A DNA stretch of 64,000 nt, taken from Mobula hypostoma. Lineage: Eukaryota. The stretch is from positions 42,904,001 to 42,968,000 of the forward strand of contig NC_086097.1 of NCBI RefSeq assembly GCF_963921235.1, written 5' to 3'. Below the pieces are notes generated by a model. The model made no database searches and was not told where the DNA came from. It saw only the letters and a program-made list of their open reading frames with translations. Made by a program: the position numbers and the translations under genes. Numbering within the stretch: the stretch's first letter is position 1; each line of letters opens with the position of its first letter. This document shows, piece by piece, positions 39,038-51,742 of the stretch.

Positions 39038-40114
39038 TCATGAAATGTTCAAGTTAAATGGTAAGCTGTGGAATATTCTGCCAACATTAATTTTTGACCA
39101 TTTTAAGCAATGCAGAAACTTGATGTACATGTTAGCTGTTTTTCTAAAATATCCAGCTTTGGTACATACTACTTTGGTGAGTGAAGCTGACCAAAATGTA
39201 CATTTTAAGAACATTATAGCAAGGTTTTGGACTACAAAACTGAAATCAGTATTTTTGGGACAAAGCCATTATCTTGAAAAGTTCTATATTTTAGGTATTG
39301 AGTTAAAATTATCTTTAGCTGTTTGGCTACTATATTTTGTATGTACTCTGTGGAAGATTTTTGATAGGAAAACTTGCATTAGTAAACAAAGCAATTTAAG
39401 TAGACCTTGAGACTGGACTAAGTCATAGATAATTAAACTTTATAAAAAATTGCACAGCAGTATTCTGTGTAGAGATCACTGTTTTCGTTTTGCAATTCGT
39501 AAACCTAAAATACAGTATATGCATCTTTTTATTGAGAAGACAAATGTTTAATGAATTTCTTCCATTGTATGTGGCATTTTCATTTATATTTAATAAAAAA
39601 GTTATCATGTTCACTAAAATATACCAGACCAGTATTGTTAAAATATGCATTCTTGGAAATGTTATTCTATAACAAATTTTCACCTTTATTTTAACAAAAT
39701 AATCTTGCATTTTACTATTTGTAAATCTAGTTCCAAAATCTAAAGCGTTTTGTATCTTTAATTTCAAGCAAGACTTGTGGTTTACAAGGTAAATAATTTG
39801 TGAGATGCTGATGTGTGACCCCCTTCCTTCTTTGCAATGCATCAATGCTGCAAACCTTACCCCGATCCTGGATGTGAGAGTTTTCAGCCAAAGGTTACAT
39901 AACCAAGGTACTACATCCTGTCCAAAAAAAACATTGACATTGAACCACATAGGATACCAAAAGGCATGTGGCCAAAAGCTCAGTCAGAGGTGAGTTTTAA
40001 GGTGTAACTTGAATGGAAGATGGAGGGATATGCAAACAAGGAAGAAAATTTTAAAATCAAAAACTCAAATTTGAGTTGCTTAACCAGGAATCAGTTTAAA
40101 GTCAGCAAGAAAGA

Positions 40115-40420
40115 GACCATCCCCTTTTCTTTCTCCTTGGGCCTCTTGTCCCATGATCCTCTCATATCCCTTTTGCCAATCAACTGTCCAGCTCTTGGCT
40201 CCATCCCTCTCAGTCCTGTCTTCTATCATTTCAGATCTCCCCCTCCTCCTCCTACTTTCAAATCTCTTACTAACTCTTCTTTCAGTTAGTCCTGACGAAG
40301 GGTCTCAGCCCGAAACATCGACTGTACCTCTTCCTAGAGATGCTGCCTGGCCTGCTGCGTTCACCAGCAACTTTTATGTATGTTGCTTGAAATTCCAGCA
40401 TCTGCAGATTTCCTCGTGTA
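40115..40420 (+). mobile_element. Penelope-like 3' end fragment with hammerhead motif at 40288-40323
   Basis: Highly similar to 7700-7990; AGTC CTGACGA AGGGTCTCAGCCC GAAA CATC GACT (stem III G>A). Confidence 0.85.
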
Positions 40421-40939
40421 TCCACAAATGGTACATGGTACACACAAGAATACAGCATAGTATCTTGTCATGCAAAATGCTCTCCATTTGTCTTGATTTG
40501 TCACCTACATAGCCACAGTTTATGGAAAAAGAGAGTCTGAAGGCAGAGGAAGATTGTTCTGAATGTCGAGAAGTTTCATATATAGTTGTTTAGTGCCCTG
40601 ACTCTAAATGGATGTTCTAAACAAAGTGCAGGTGACATGTATAACATGTAGAGGTGCTTGGAAGTTTAACTAAATACATTAAAGACACGACACGAAATAT
40701 TGATAACTAAAATTAAGTCGGACAGCATGGAAAAAAGTATTTTCGACAATTTATAAACAAACATTGCAACAAACGCATCTGTTAAAAACGAGGTATACAA
40801 TTAATGTCAGCCCTCTATTTCTCGCTGGCTCTATTGCCCATTGAGTATTTCGAGCATTTTCTGTTTAACGTAGAGTCCTGGTAGCTTATGGTTGAAACAG
40901 CGTTATTTAAGGAGCTTTCAGCCACTCAGCAAACCAAAT

Positions 40940-41480
40940 GCGGCCATGACATTGCTTCCCTGTAGCGCCAACGTCATAAAGTAGAGACCCACTAATGTGA
41001 GGTGCGACGCTCTCGGGAAGAGAGAAGCGCCAGCGAGTGACAGATGAGTCGATCAATCACGGCTGGACTTGTGTTCCGCTGCGCACCAATCAGCACGGAG
41101 AGGCGACAGGAGGAGGCAGGCGGTCTCCGGGGAGCTGGATGAGCAGAGGCGGGCGCGGGGCCGTTGCCCGCAGGATGCTGGTGTCGGTGTGAATGTGAGG
41201 AGGGGCGAAGGACGGTACGGATTCGGCCGCTGAGAGTGGGTGGGCGGCACCGCGGGCCGGCTCCCCGCTCTCCCCGGATCGGATATTGCGCTGCGGAGGG
41301 TGGCGAGCGGGAGGGAGTGCCGGTCGCCTCCCGTCCTTGGCTGGAAATGATCCGGAGCGCGGCCGGCACCGCACCGCGGCCGTGCCTTTATTAATTGGAA
41401 GCTGCCCGGTGCCGCCAGCGATATCACCCCGTGTTTTGGTCTGTTTCAGTCAGGAGAAGGGCGCCGCCAGCTCGCCGGAC
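40940..41480 (+). promoter_or_regulatory. MGAT2 CpG-island promoter and 5' UTR
   Basis: CpG-rich; CCAACGTCA at 40968-40976; CCAAT at 41086; GC boxes. Confidence 0.75.
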
Positions 41481-41483
41481 AAC

Positions 41484-42788
41484 ATGAGGTTCCGCATCTA
41501 CAAGAGGAAAGTCCTGGTGCTGGCGCTCGTCGTGCTGGTGGCCGCCTTCGGCTTCTGGACGAGCGGCAAGCAGAGGAAACCGGAGGCATTTCCGAGGGAC
41601 GCCGAGACACCGCGTTCACCGCGAGTTGGCGACGGGAAGGTGAGCCGGAAAGTTTCCAACGAGTCTCAGCCGGGTAGGTTGGAGAGGCCGGAGATCGACA
41701 ACCTGACGCTGGGTTACCGAGGGATCGTCTACCAATTAAACTTCGATCAGGTTGTCAGAAACCGGGAGAGCATAAGGACACGTCCTCCCGACGACGTGGT
41801 GGTGGTGATCCAAGTGCACAACAGGCCAGAATACCTGCAGTTACTCGTGAACTCGCTCAGAAAAGTCAAAGGCATAGAAAATGTCTTGTTAATATTTAGC
41901 CATGACTTCTGGTCGCCGCAGATCAACCAGATTGTGGCCAGCATCGATTTTTGTCAAGTACTACAAATATTTTTTCCGTTCAGTATCCAGTTGTATCCTA
42001 ACGAATTCCCAGGGCACGATCCCAAGGACTGTCCACGTGACATAAGCAAGGCGGATGCTTTCAAATTGGGCTGTATCAATGCTGAGTATCCAGATTCATT
42101 TGGCCATTATAGAGAGTCCAAATTCTGTCAAACCAAACACCACTGGTGGTGGAAGTTGCATTTTGTTTGGGAGAAAGTCAAGGTTTTGGAAAATCATAAG
42201 GGTCTAGTGCTGTTCATTGAAGAGGACCACTATCTGTCACCTGATTTTTATCATGTTCTGAAAAATATGTGGAGTCTGAAAGCTGAAAATTGTCCTGACT
42301 GTGACATACTGTCTCTTGGGGCATATATGCGAGTTAGTAATTTTGGAGATAAAACAAATAAAGTTGAGGTGAAAACCTGGCGATCAACGGAGCATAACAT
42401 GGGCATGGCTATGACCAGAGAGACCTATCAAAAATTAATACAGTGCACAGATACTTTTTGCAAATATGATGACTATAACTGGGATTGGACATTACAGCAT
42501 TTAACAGTGTCCTGTTTGCCTCAATATTGGAAAGTTATGGTTTGTGAAGCTCCTCGGATTTACCATGCTGGTGATTGTGGTATGCATCACAAGAAAGTGT
42601 GCATGCCATCTGTTGAAGTTTCTAAAATAGACAAAATTATAAGTAGTAATATGCAGCACTTATTTCCAGAAACAATGACAATAAGCAAAGTGTATCCATC
42701 GGGTGCAATTACTCCACACGTGAAAAATGGAGGCTGGGGAGATATAAGGGACCATGAATTGTGTGCAAGCTATCGCCGTCTGCAGTAA
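41484..42788 (+). CDS. MGAT2: Alpha-1,6-mannosylglycoprotein 2-beta-N-acetylglucosaminyltransferase (GnT-II), 434 aa
   Basis: MRFRIYKRKV + TM anchor; QVHNRPEYL, TKHHWWWKLHFVW, EEDH, YDDYNWDW, NGGWGDIRDHELC; uninterrupted CDS; AATAAA at 44071. Confidence 0.98.
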   Translation: MRFRIYKRKVLVLALVVLVAAFGFWTSGKQRKPEAFPRDAETPRSPRVGDGKVSRKVSNESQPGRLERPEIDNLTLGYRGIVYQLNFDQVVRNRESIRTRPPDDVVVVIQVHNRPEYLQLLVNSLRKVKGIENVLLIFSHDFWSPQINQIVASIDFCQVLQIFFPFSIQLYPNEFPGHDPKDCPRDISKADAFKLGCINAEYPDSFGHYRESKFCQTKHHWWWKLHFVWEKVKVLENHKGLVLFIEEDHYLSPDFYHVLKNMWSLKAENCPDCDILSLGAYMRVSNFGDKTNKVEVKTWRSTEHNMGMAMTRETYQKLIQCTDTFCKYDDYNWDWTLQHLTVSCLPQYWKVMVCEAPRIYHAGDCGMHHKKVCMPSVEVSKIDKIISSNMQHLFPETMTISKVYPSGAITPHVKNGGWGDIRDHELCASYRRLQ

Positions 42789-45700
42789 TTATGTAATAAA
42801 TTTTATGCCATATCATGAGTTCAGTAGTTTAGTTTTCTGCTGTTGCAAGAACAGAAGCAGTGTTATACAATCTTTGAACTTAAACCCTAAGAAAATGACT
42901 ATTCCAATGACATTTTTCCTCCCAAAAAAAGATGTGGTCCTGAAATTTATGGACCACAGAAGGGCTAGGTTTGACCTAGCCTCTGGATTAATTTCTCTCA
43001 GTAAGGGATGTTGCAATTGGTTTCATTATCCATCAAGTAGGAAAGAGGGAAAAATCAACCAAGGTTCCAATGTTTGACTGGTGTTAGTAACCACACTGAA
43101 AAACAGTGCTGGATGAAACCTGGGAGTCTGGTCCCCAGTCAGATGTATCTTTTTTGGCATTTGCCATTAGGTCCCAAGAATAAGGTGCTGGAAGAATGCT
43201 GGTACATCAGCATTTTGATGCCTTTACAAAAGAATAGCAAAAAGAAAAGGTTTTTTTTGCCTTTTAAAGAACTCAAGCACTTTCAGCAGGTTACCATTCT
43301 TTGTACAGTATGTATTCTGGTAACTGAGAAGGAGAAAATGCAACTTTGATGGCAAAAGTCAAACCTGCTCGTTTTATGTCATTTAGTTAAGGCTCACTTT
43401 TCATTGTTTGATTTAATTTACAGGTGATACTTGTTCAAAATCAGCATTGTCACACTGTTCTTATAATGTATTTACATTAAGAAAACTTTTAAATATGCCT
43501 TAATGTGTGATACTGTGGTGAGATTAATCTTAATTTTATTATCCAGGTTATTTTTGAAACAAGTGGCAGAACTGTAACTGAAAATACTTTATACAGTTCA
43601 AAATACTCACTCCTTAAAATACCCAGAGATCCAAAATCAAAATCTGCAGCTATGTTAGTGGATATTTTGCCAAAATGGAATTGGTATGAAGACTTAATCA
43701 ATTCACCACGAGAGTATGTATGAAATTGTAGTAAAGGGAAAACACCTTCAATGAATGGCTATGTGAAAATGTCACTCATTCATTAGTACACTATATCGAA
43801 ATCTTAGTCACGATACTGTTCAGTTCTTTGCTTTGAACACAAATCTGTAACTGATACTACAGTGAAATGTTTTTGTTCCTTTGTTGGTGATGGTATTCCA
43901 AAAAAAACCAGCATGCCTTTTCCCTGTGATTGCATTTATTAGGGTTCATCTGACTTGACAGATGGTGCTTCACTGCAGTTTGAGATACTGCTGACCCCCT
44001 GAAACTGCTCATTTTTTAAAAGCAAATGCCTTGGTTAAATTTTTTTGCTTTTCATTGTACGGCCTCCTAAAATAAAAAGAACAATACAATTCTTTTTGTG
44101 AACTGGAAGAGATGTAATGAGTCAAACATTGTTCTAAAAGTTATCTGTACTTTAATTTCAGTTTCAAATTATATGACTTTTGTTTAAAACAAGCTATTTT
44201 ACTTTCCTATATGTCAATCACCTCCATACAATCTGCTTTTCATTAATGAGGTGGGAGGATAGTGGTGACGACCATAAGACATAGAGCAGAATTAGGCTAC
44301 TTGGCCCATCAAGTCTTCTCCACAAGACAGTTAAGTTTGATCCTAATGTTCCATTCTTGCTATATTGCCCGGAAGGGGAATGTCCTTTTTACAGTGACCA
44401 TGCTCAGCAAAATTTCTTATTCAGACAAAACCTTGTGAAAAATGAAGATGATGATCTTTTCCCCTTGGGAACAGATTACTCCATCCTTTTACTTTACAGA
44501 GGGAAGGGTCGACCTCCCGGGAAAATCACTGGAAAAATTCAAGTGACACAATGTGGTCATGTTGTCGGCTGAGTCTAAATAGTGTAAAACTGTCATTTCG
44601 ATGAGTGGTCCTTCCCCCAGCCCCCCACCACCACTAACAATCTCCTCTGTTAAACCCTTACTCCTGCTCCAAATTCTAACTCTCATCCCTGCAATTCCAG
44701 TTTCAAGGTTCAGGATTAATATCATGCCCTGTATACAAGTGTAAGGAGAACAACATAATTGTTAGTCTGGATCTGATGCAACACAAAAATACACACAGGA
44801 TAAAAAACAATAATAATAAGAACATGATAAATATAAATACATAAGATAGCTTATATATGTGGATTAATTGTATTTCCATAAAGTGACACTAGGTTGTACT
44901 TGTGTGACTGACTGGAAATAATAAAGTAGTGGTGGAGTTAGTAAGTGGAGATGTTGATCAGCCTTACTTCTTGGGGAAAGTAACTATTTTTGAGTCTGGT
45001 GGTCCTGGCTTACGGGAGTCTCTCTGTGTGGCTGTCTCCCATGAGATGATGTCAGTGCTGCACCGTTCAGTGCTTGGCTTCCATGGAAATGAAATATAGA
45101 ACTTAGAAATCTACAGCACATTACAGGCCCTTCGGCCCACGATGTTGTGCTGACCATGTAACCTATTCTAGAAACTGCCTAGAATTTCCCTACAGCATAG
45201 CCCTCTATTTTTCTAAGCTCCATGTACCTATCTAAGAATCTCTTAAAAGACTCTATTGCATCTGCCTCTACCACTGTGACTAGCAGTGCGTTCCATGCAC
45301 CACCACTCTCTGTGTGAAAAACTTACCTCTGACCTCCCCCTTGTACCTACTTCCAAGCGCCTTAAAACTATGCCCCCTCGTGTTAGCCATTGGTCAATGG
45401 TTCTCTTTTTTCCTCTTTCAAATCTGTAAAGTTGCCTCATTCTTCAAAACGTCTCCCATAAATCTTCCACTGATGTGCGCTTTTGAGCATAGTAGATGTA
45501 AAGGAGTTTAGTCTTGTTAAGGATGCTTGTGAACACACGTAATTTAGCAATGATTGCTGAGTTAACTCACATATGAAAATGTGAAATATGGACGGAACAG
45601 CTGTCAGCATTCACAGATTTAGTGAGAAGGGAAAACTGACAAATATTAACAAAGAGGCACTGTGGATTCTGTTTTTCTTCACTGTTTTAAATAAATTCCT

Positions 45701-47579
45701 TCTCCTTGTTCCTCTCCAAAGACATTGGAACTAAGTTATATAGCACTGGAAAATTTTGCAATGCCATTTCTTTATGCTTTTAGTATTTGGGCAAGCCTTA
45801 GCTTGCTGCAGATTGTCTTAACAGACTCCCATGGGACCACTTTTGAGTGACTTGATAGTTCAAGCCACCTTTATGCAGATTACAGTTTACCTGCTCCTCT
45901 TAAAGGGGTGGTGTAGTCAAGCTGAATGAAGTAGTGGGAGTGGAAATCATTCCAAAGTTGGTCACAGTTTCCAGAAGTGCTGTTAGGATAGAAGCAACAG
46001 CTACACTGCAGTGCTCTGATACAATAGAAACCTTGGGCAATGATGGGAGAAGGTTTTGCATTCAGACTACAGTAGCTGAAGCAGCAGAAAAAAGAGGCAG
46101 TGGCTGTGGAAATAAGCATAAGGACGGGAGTGCCACAGAATGTTCGATGACATGTTCCAATTGCAACAGTAGTTTCACGCACTTCATAAGCAACTGTATC
46201 AAGTCACTAATAAGCCTTTTAAATGTCCCACCAGATACATGAATTATACCAAGCTTTACATCTATATCCCACACGGTGTGTTCACTGCCAAGTCAAAAGG
46301 ATGAATGTTCGTCATGGTTGCTCCTATGGTCAAATCCAAGACAAATGGCAGACATGAGACCATTGATAATGACGGTGCTCAGACCTAATCCTCCTCCCTT
46401 AGTCTCAACTCTTCACAGCATAATCACATCTGATTTATAAGATACAGGTGATACAAACATGCATCTTTCACTGCTCCCAACTCAAATCTGTAATTTGTCT
46501 CAGCATAAACATAATCTTGTGGCTTTCTCCTTTTAGAAAAATAACAATGGGAACCTTCAGGAATAAGGAATTGCTATTGTCTTCATTTTAAAGTGTGGTA
46601 CCATATCTTTTCTGATAGCTCCACCAGTAGAGAACCTCCTCACCCCTCGCTTTATCAACTGTACCTCTTGGCTCTTCACTTCCTCAGTTGCCAGAATGAG
46701 TTAAACCAGCATAGGTGTTTCAGCAGAGTACGTCTCCACCTGCGATCACCATTTAAGATACTGACAATGTGCCGCGAGGTTAATTAGTCTCTTTTTCATT
46801 TGGAATAGAGGCTCAAAATGGAGAGCCTAGCTGTCATATGCATAATGAACACATTAATAACTCCTTCACATCTGATGCCAACAAGCTACTGTGAATTATT
46901 CATACTTTGTAGTATCAGGAACTTGTATTGTTTGAAAAGCCACATGCTTTTTGCTGCCTGCTGTTTCCTGCCAAGGAAGAAAATGATAAATTCTGCTCTT
47001 CTGAAGTAAATTGCATTTGTGAACTCTAAGCCACAAAATGTTGTAAATATTCCCTGGAAAGAGACAGAAACATTAAAGTTGGTATGATTCTGGTCCTGCG
47101 CAACAGTAGTGGCTGTAGCACGTGGTGCATTTCTGTTGTGATTTTCTGAATAAATTGAAACCTTATGATTTCCCTTTGCTGTGGTGCATGAAAGATAATT
47201 GATTCATGAAGACCTTTTGTAAATAGGGCCTGAGGGTTCTTCTCAATATTTCCCTGATTCTACTCAGTAGGTCTTGGTCATACTGGGCTGTCATGCTGAA
47301 CGCCTTTGAAAATGGTCACCAGAGGTTTAGGTTGGATACACAATACTTACTTCTACAACACTACATTTAAATACCACAAAATCAGATAGTATTGTAATTT
47401 AATATTCTAGAAGTCAATCAACAATAAACAAGCAATACATTGATGGTCTTTTTAAATAGTGCAAAGAAAGAATTTTCCTTTTGCTATCCATTGATCCTCT
47501 GCATGTCTTGTACATGTGCGCCTGCAGTTTTGGGGGAAATTCTTCTCCAACACAATTATGTTTTCTTTCTGCAGTGTGG

Positions 47580-48090
47580 TGATCAGAATTCCTGGTGGCC
47601 AAACATTTTAATTTTGATTCCCATTCCTGTCCATGTCGATCCATGGCCTCCTCTTGTCCCAAGATGTAGCCTCAGCATGGAGGAACACCTTATATTCTGT
47701 CAGGGTACCCTCCAACCTGATGGTACGAATATTGATTTCTCCTTCCGATGAACAAAATCCCGCCCCCCCCCCATTCTGTACCATGACTTTTCACTTCTTC
47801 TGACCTGCCTATTACTTCCTCCTGGGTTCCCCACCCCCTTCCCTTTCTCCTACAGTTCACTCTCCTCTCCTATCAGCTTCTTTCTTCTCCATCCCCTGAC
47901 CTTTCTCGCCCACCTATCACCTTCCTGCTCGCCTCTATCCCCACACCCACCTTTTTATTCTGGCATTTCCCCCTTTCTTCTCAGCCCTGAAGAAGGGTCT
48001 TGGCCTGAAATGTCGACTTTTTTTTTCATTTCTGTAGATGCTGCCCGACCTGCTGAGTTCCTGCAGCATTTTGTGGGTGTTGCTTCAGAA
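47580..48090 (+). mobile_element. Older Penelope-like 3' fragment (GIY-YIG C-terminus + hammerhead motif at 47983-48018)
   Basis: MEEHLIFCQGTLQPDGTNIDFS; AGCC CTGAAGA AGGGTCTTGGCCT GAAA TGTC GACT. Confidence 0.85.
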
Positions 48091-48689
48091 TACAACATGC
48101 CAGCTTTAGTGTGCAACTTTCCAGCTCTTGCATTCTATGATTTTTTTTAAAGAGGAAAGCATTTTTAAACTTAGTGATCTGTACTGCTACCTTTAAACGA
48201 TTTATGGATATATATTCAGAGGTTCTCCACACCACACAATATCTTACTATGTACATGGTATTCCCTCACCTTATTGCAGTTCTTGAAATGCATTACTTAA
48301 CACTTGTCTGGATCGGATTTCATTTGCCGTTTTTCTGTCCATCTCACCAGCCTACTTATGCCGCCCTGAAGCATTTAATGCTTTCATCACCAGTACCACA
48401 CAGCTAAATGTTATAAAATGTGCGGACTTTTTTAAAATCATGTACCATATGTTTAAGTCAATATCATCAATACAAGTAAGTTTATCCCAGCTATTTCTCA
48501 TTGTTCCTTTTTAAAAAACAGAATGAATACAGCACTGAAACATGTTTCTTTGGCTCAAGAGAGATGCCCATCTAAGCTTGACCCTTTTGCCTGCGTTTGG
48601 CCCTTGTGCTTCTAAACTTTTCCTATTCATGTACTTTTCCAAGTATCTTTTAAATGTTATTGTACCTGCCTCAATCACTTTTTATATAC

Positions 48690-49200
48690 AGAGCACAAGA
48701 CATAGGAACAGAATTAGGCCATTCAGCCCATTCCATCATGACTGATCCCAGATCCCACTCAACCCCATACACCTGCCTTCTCGCCATATCTTCTGATGCC
48801 CTGACCGATCAGTGAATGATCAACTTCTGCCTTAAATATATGCTCAGACTTGGCATCCACCGCAGTCTGTGGCAGAGCATTCCACAGATTTACTACTCTG
48901 CCAAAAAAAATTCCTCTTTACCTCTGTTCTAAAGAGTTGCCCCTCAATTTTGAGGCTGTGCCCTCTAGTTCTGGATATCCCCACCATAGGAAACATCCTC
49001 TCCACATCCACCCTATCTAGTCCTTTCAACATTCAGTAAGTTTCAATGAGATCCACCCCCCCCCCCCGTCTTCTCCCAAATTCAAATGAGTACAGGGCCA
49101 AAGCTGCCAAAAAGTCCCCATATGTTAACCCCTTCATTCCTGGAATCATCCTCATGAATCTCCTATGGACTATCTCCAATGACAACACATCCTTTCTGAA
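48690..49200 (-). mobile_element. CR1 LINE 3' fragment
   Basis: MLKGLDRVDVERMFPMVG.SRTRGHSLKI. Confidence 0.85.
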
Positions 49201-50274
49201 GAAGTTGCTCTTCAGGTCTCTTAAATCTTTGCCCTGTCACCTTAAACCTATAGCCTCTAATTAGAATTATGCCCTCCAATTAAAATTGTCCTCTCATAAA
49301 GACAGAAAAGAGCCTTACCCACTTGCTCCATCTCTCAGCAAGCATTTCCTTTTCGACCTCTGAAAGAACCCTCCTTAATTGTCCACCTGCTTTTTATATA
49401 ATTATAAACATCTTTGATTTTACTCACTAGTATTTTTGGACTTCTGTAAATAAAATCTCAAATTAAATAACCTAATATTTTAATTATTTACATGGCTTGA
49501 AGTTGTGATTTTTTAAAAAATCCAAATCTGTACAAGTCATTCAGTAGTCTACCGTTTATCAAGAACAACTGATTTCATATAGTTCCAGGAATGTGTCATA
49601 AACTTGGTTATTGTTGAATCTCTCCCAAATAATTTTAGCTGACAGAAGCATGGCATAAAAAGTAAAATGGATTTTTTTTGTTGAAATAGTTTATTTTTGG
49701 CTTTTAGATGATACTTTGATTAATTTCTGATCACAATTATTTGATTGAATCACTAATTAAATGTTTTTAAAATAATTGAATGTTTACAAATTGTGACTAA
49801 GATGCAGTGATAGTTTGGCCTAATTTCTAAGCTGTTAAACTAGAGGTGCTATTAAAGATGGCATTAGTATGTACAAGCTCTAAGTACAGCTGCTATCAGT
49901 AAAATTAACTTAAGCTACACCTTTCAGTCTCTTCCTGCAGGATTCCATAATCAGACGTAAGCACGATACTATGAATTGTATTTAAAGGGAACGTTAAAGA
50001 GGAAGCTTTAAAAGGGATTCTATAGCTGTGAAACAGCAGGAACCAAAAAGTGTAAGTTCTGATTCTGTGGTGCAGTAGAATTTGATTGGAAAGTAGAAGA
50101 TTCCAAAGATAGGTAGGGTCAGTATTTAAAGATAATTTTGTTTTTTTTTTTCCGAACTCTGCGTTAAATAATAGGAAGACATAAAGCTACGTAAATTTTG
50201 TCTGTGATAGCTTATTGAGGCCATTGGATTCATAGATAAAGATGAATAGTACAATCATCTTAAGTGAAAATAAA

Positions 50275-50500
50275 AGAACTCTACTCAGATAGTGGAAAAG
50301 AGTAAACAGTTGACATTTCGAGGTAAGATCCTTCATCAGTCCTGATGAAGGGTCTTGGCCTGAAACGTCGACCATTTACTCTTTTCCATAAATACTGCCT
50401 GGCCTGCTGAGTTCCTCCAGCATTTTGTGTGTTCCTCTAAATCGTTTACTGTTCCTCTTTTCACAGATGTTGTCTAACTTACTAAGTTGTTTCAGCTCTT
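50275..50500. mobile_element. Fold-back Penelope-derived mini-element with back-to-back hammerhead motifs
   Basis: Palindromic centre CCTTCATCAG-TC-CTGATGAAGG (50330-50351); plus copy intact at 50338-50373, minus copy degenerate at 50308-50339. Confidence 0.75.
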
Positions 50501-51742
50501 TGTTTTTATTTCATCTTAATTAATTTGTAACTTATAGTGTTACAAATGATTTTTCATATTAATTCTGAACATCTTTACTCTTTGATTTCAGTGAAGAATT
50601 CTGGATAATTCTCTGTAAAACTGACATTTCCCAGCCTCAACCTTCAATCTTTTTCAGACTTCTATTTTATTTTCCTCTTACTTTTGAAAACTATTAGCCC
50701 TACATTGGTTGGAATTGTTACATGACCAGATCTCTTTCAAGTCATCCTTAAGAATGAGAATGTAATTTGTTGTTACAATTTCATAAAGCATTTCTAACTT
50801 TACATTTATTTGCTTAAAATTTCATTTATCACTTTTCTCATTTAAATATTTTGTCATTCCTGAGCTCCTGAGTTGCCCCTCTAGTTTACTTCACATCTTC
50901 CTTCAGAATCATCAATTCACAACACGGATATGCTGATTCAAAAATGATTCTAAATTAACTTTGGCCTTAAACATAAAAAATCCTTATTAAATATAGGTAA
51001 TTGATGATACAACATTGAAGATTCTTCTTAGTATCTCGTTCATCATTTAGGAAGGACATGTTTTTGATTTTCACTGCTGACTACTCATACTTGAGGAAAA
51101 TCTTATTTATGTTTCATCAGGTTGGCAATATTTCCCCTTTTCCCTCTCATTGTACATATAATATGTTCCCGTTTCCTGATAACAAGAGTGATTATACTTC
51201 AGAAGTTTCTTGATTCATTGTAGAGTATTTTGGGTTATTGAGGAATAAAAGGCTCCACGTACATTAGTGCTGCACTCAGAAAATTCCTTTTGGAATCTTA
51301 TGCACCTAATGGCTCTCTTTTGGATCAGGACTACAGAGCGTCGTGGGAGCTGAATTCTGAAGGAAGGCAGTTTTTTTTTTAAAAACTTCGAGTGCAAGAA
51401 GGGTGAGACTGCGCAGGCGCATGACATCAACAGGACCACGCGGAGAGTTTAGAAAGGAGACCACCCTATACAGCGGGCAGTGGAGTGAGTGGTAGCAGAG
51501 TGTAGGGCTTTGGCTTCAACGGGTTTCGGCGGTAAATGGGAAGAGGCAAGAGCGAAGAGCCAACTCTTTTTTTTTCTCCCCACCCCCCCCCACCCTTTTG
51601 CGAATTGGCCCAGACAGACAGGAACAGCAGGGCTCTCACAGCTAACGGTACGAGCTAACGGTTTAAAAAGTTCGTCCGTTTGGCGAGGTAAGTGGGTGAG
51701 TAGACTTATTTTTCCTGCTTCATTCCTTTAGAGTTAGATAGC

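Noticed and set aside
41286-41483. N-terminal extension of MGAT2 in the 500-aa ORF track
   Set aside because: It starts at TTG in GC-rich UTR; the conserved MRFRIYKRK start is the ATG at 41484
51688-51731. GT-AG mini-intron in the CR1 5' UTR
   Set aside because: 44 nt is below the usual vertebrate minimum intron size
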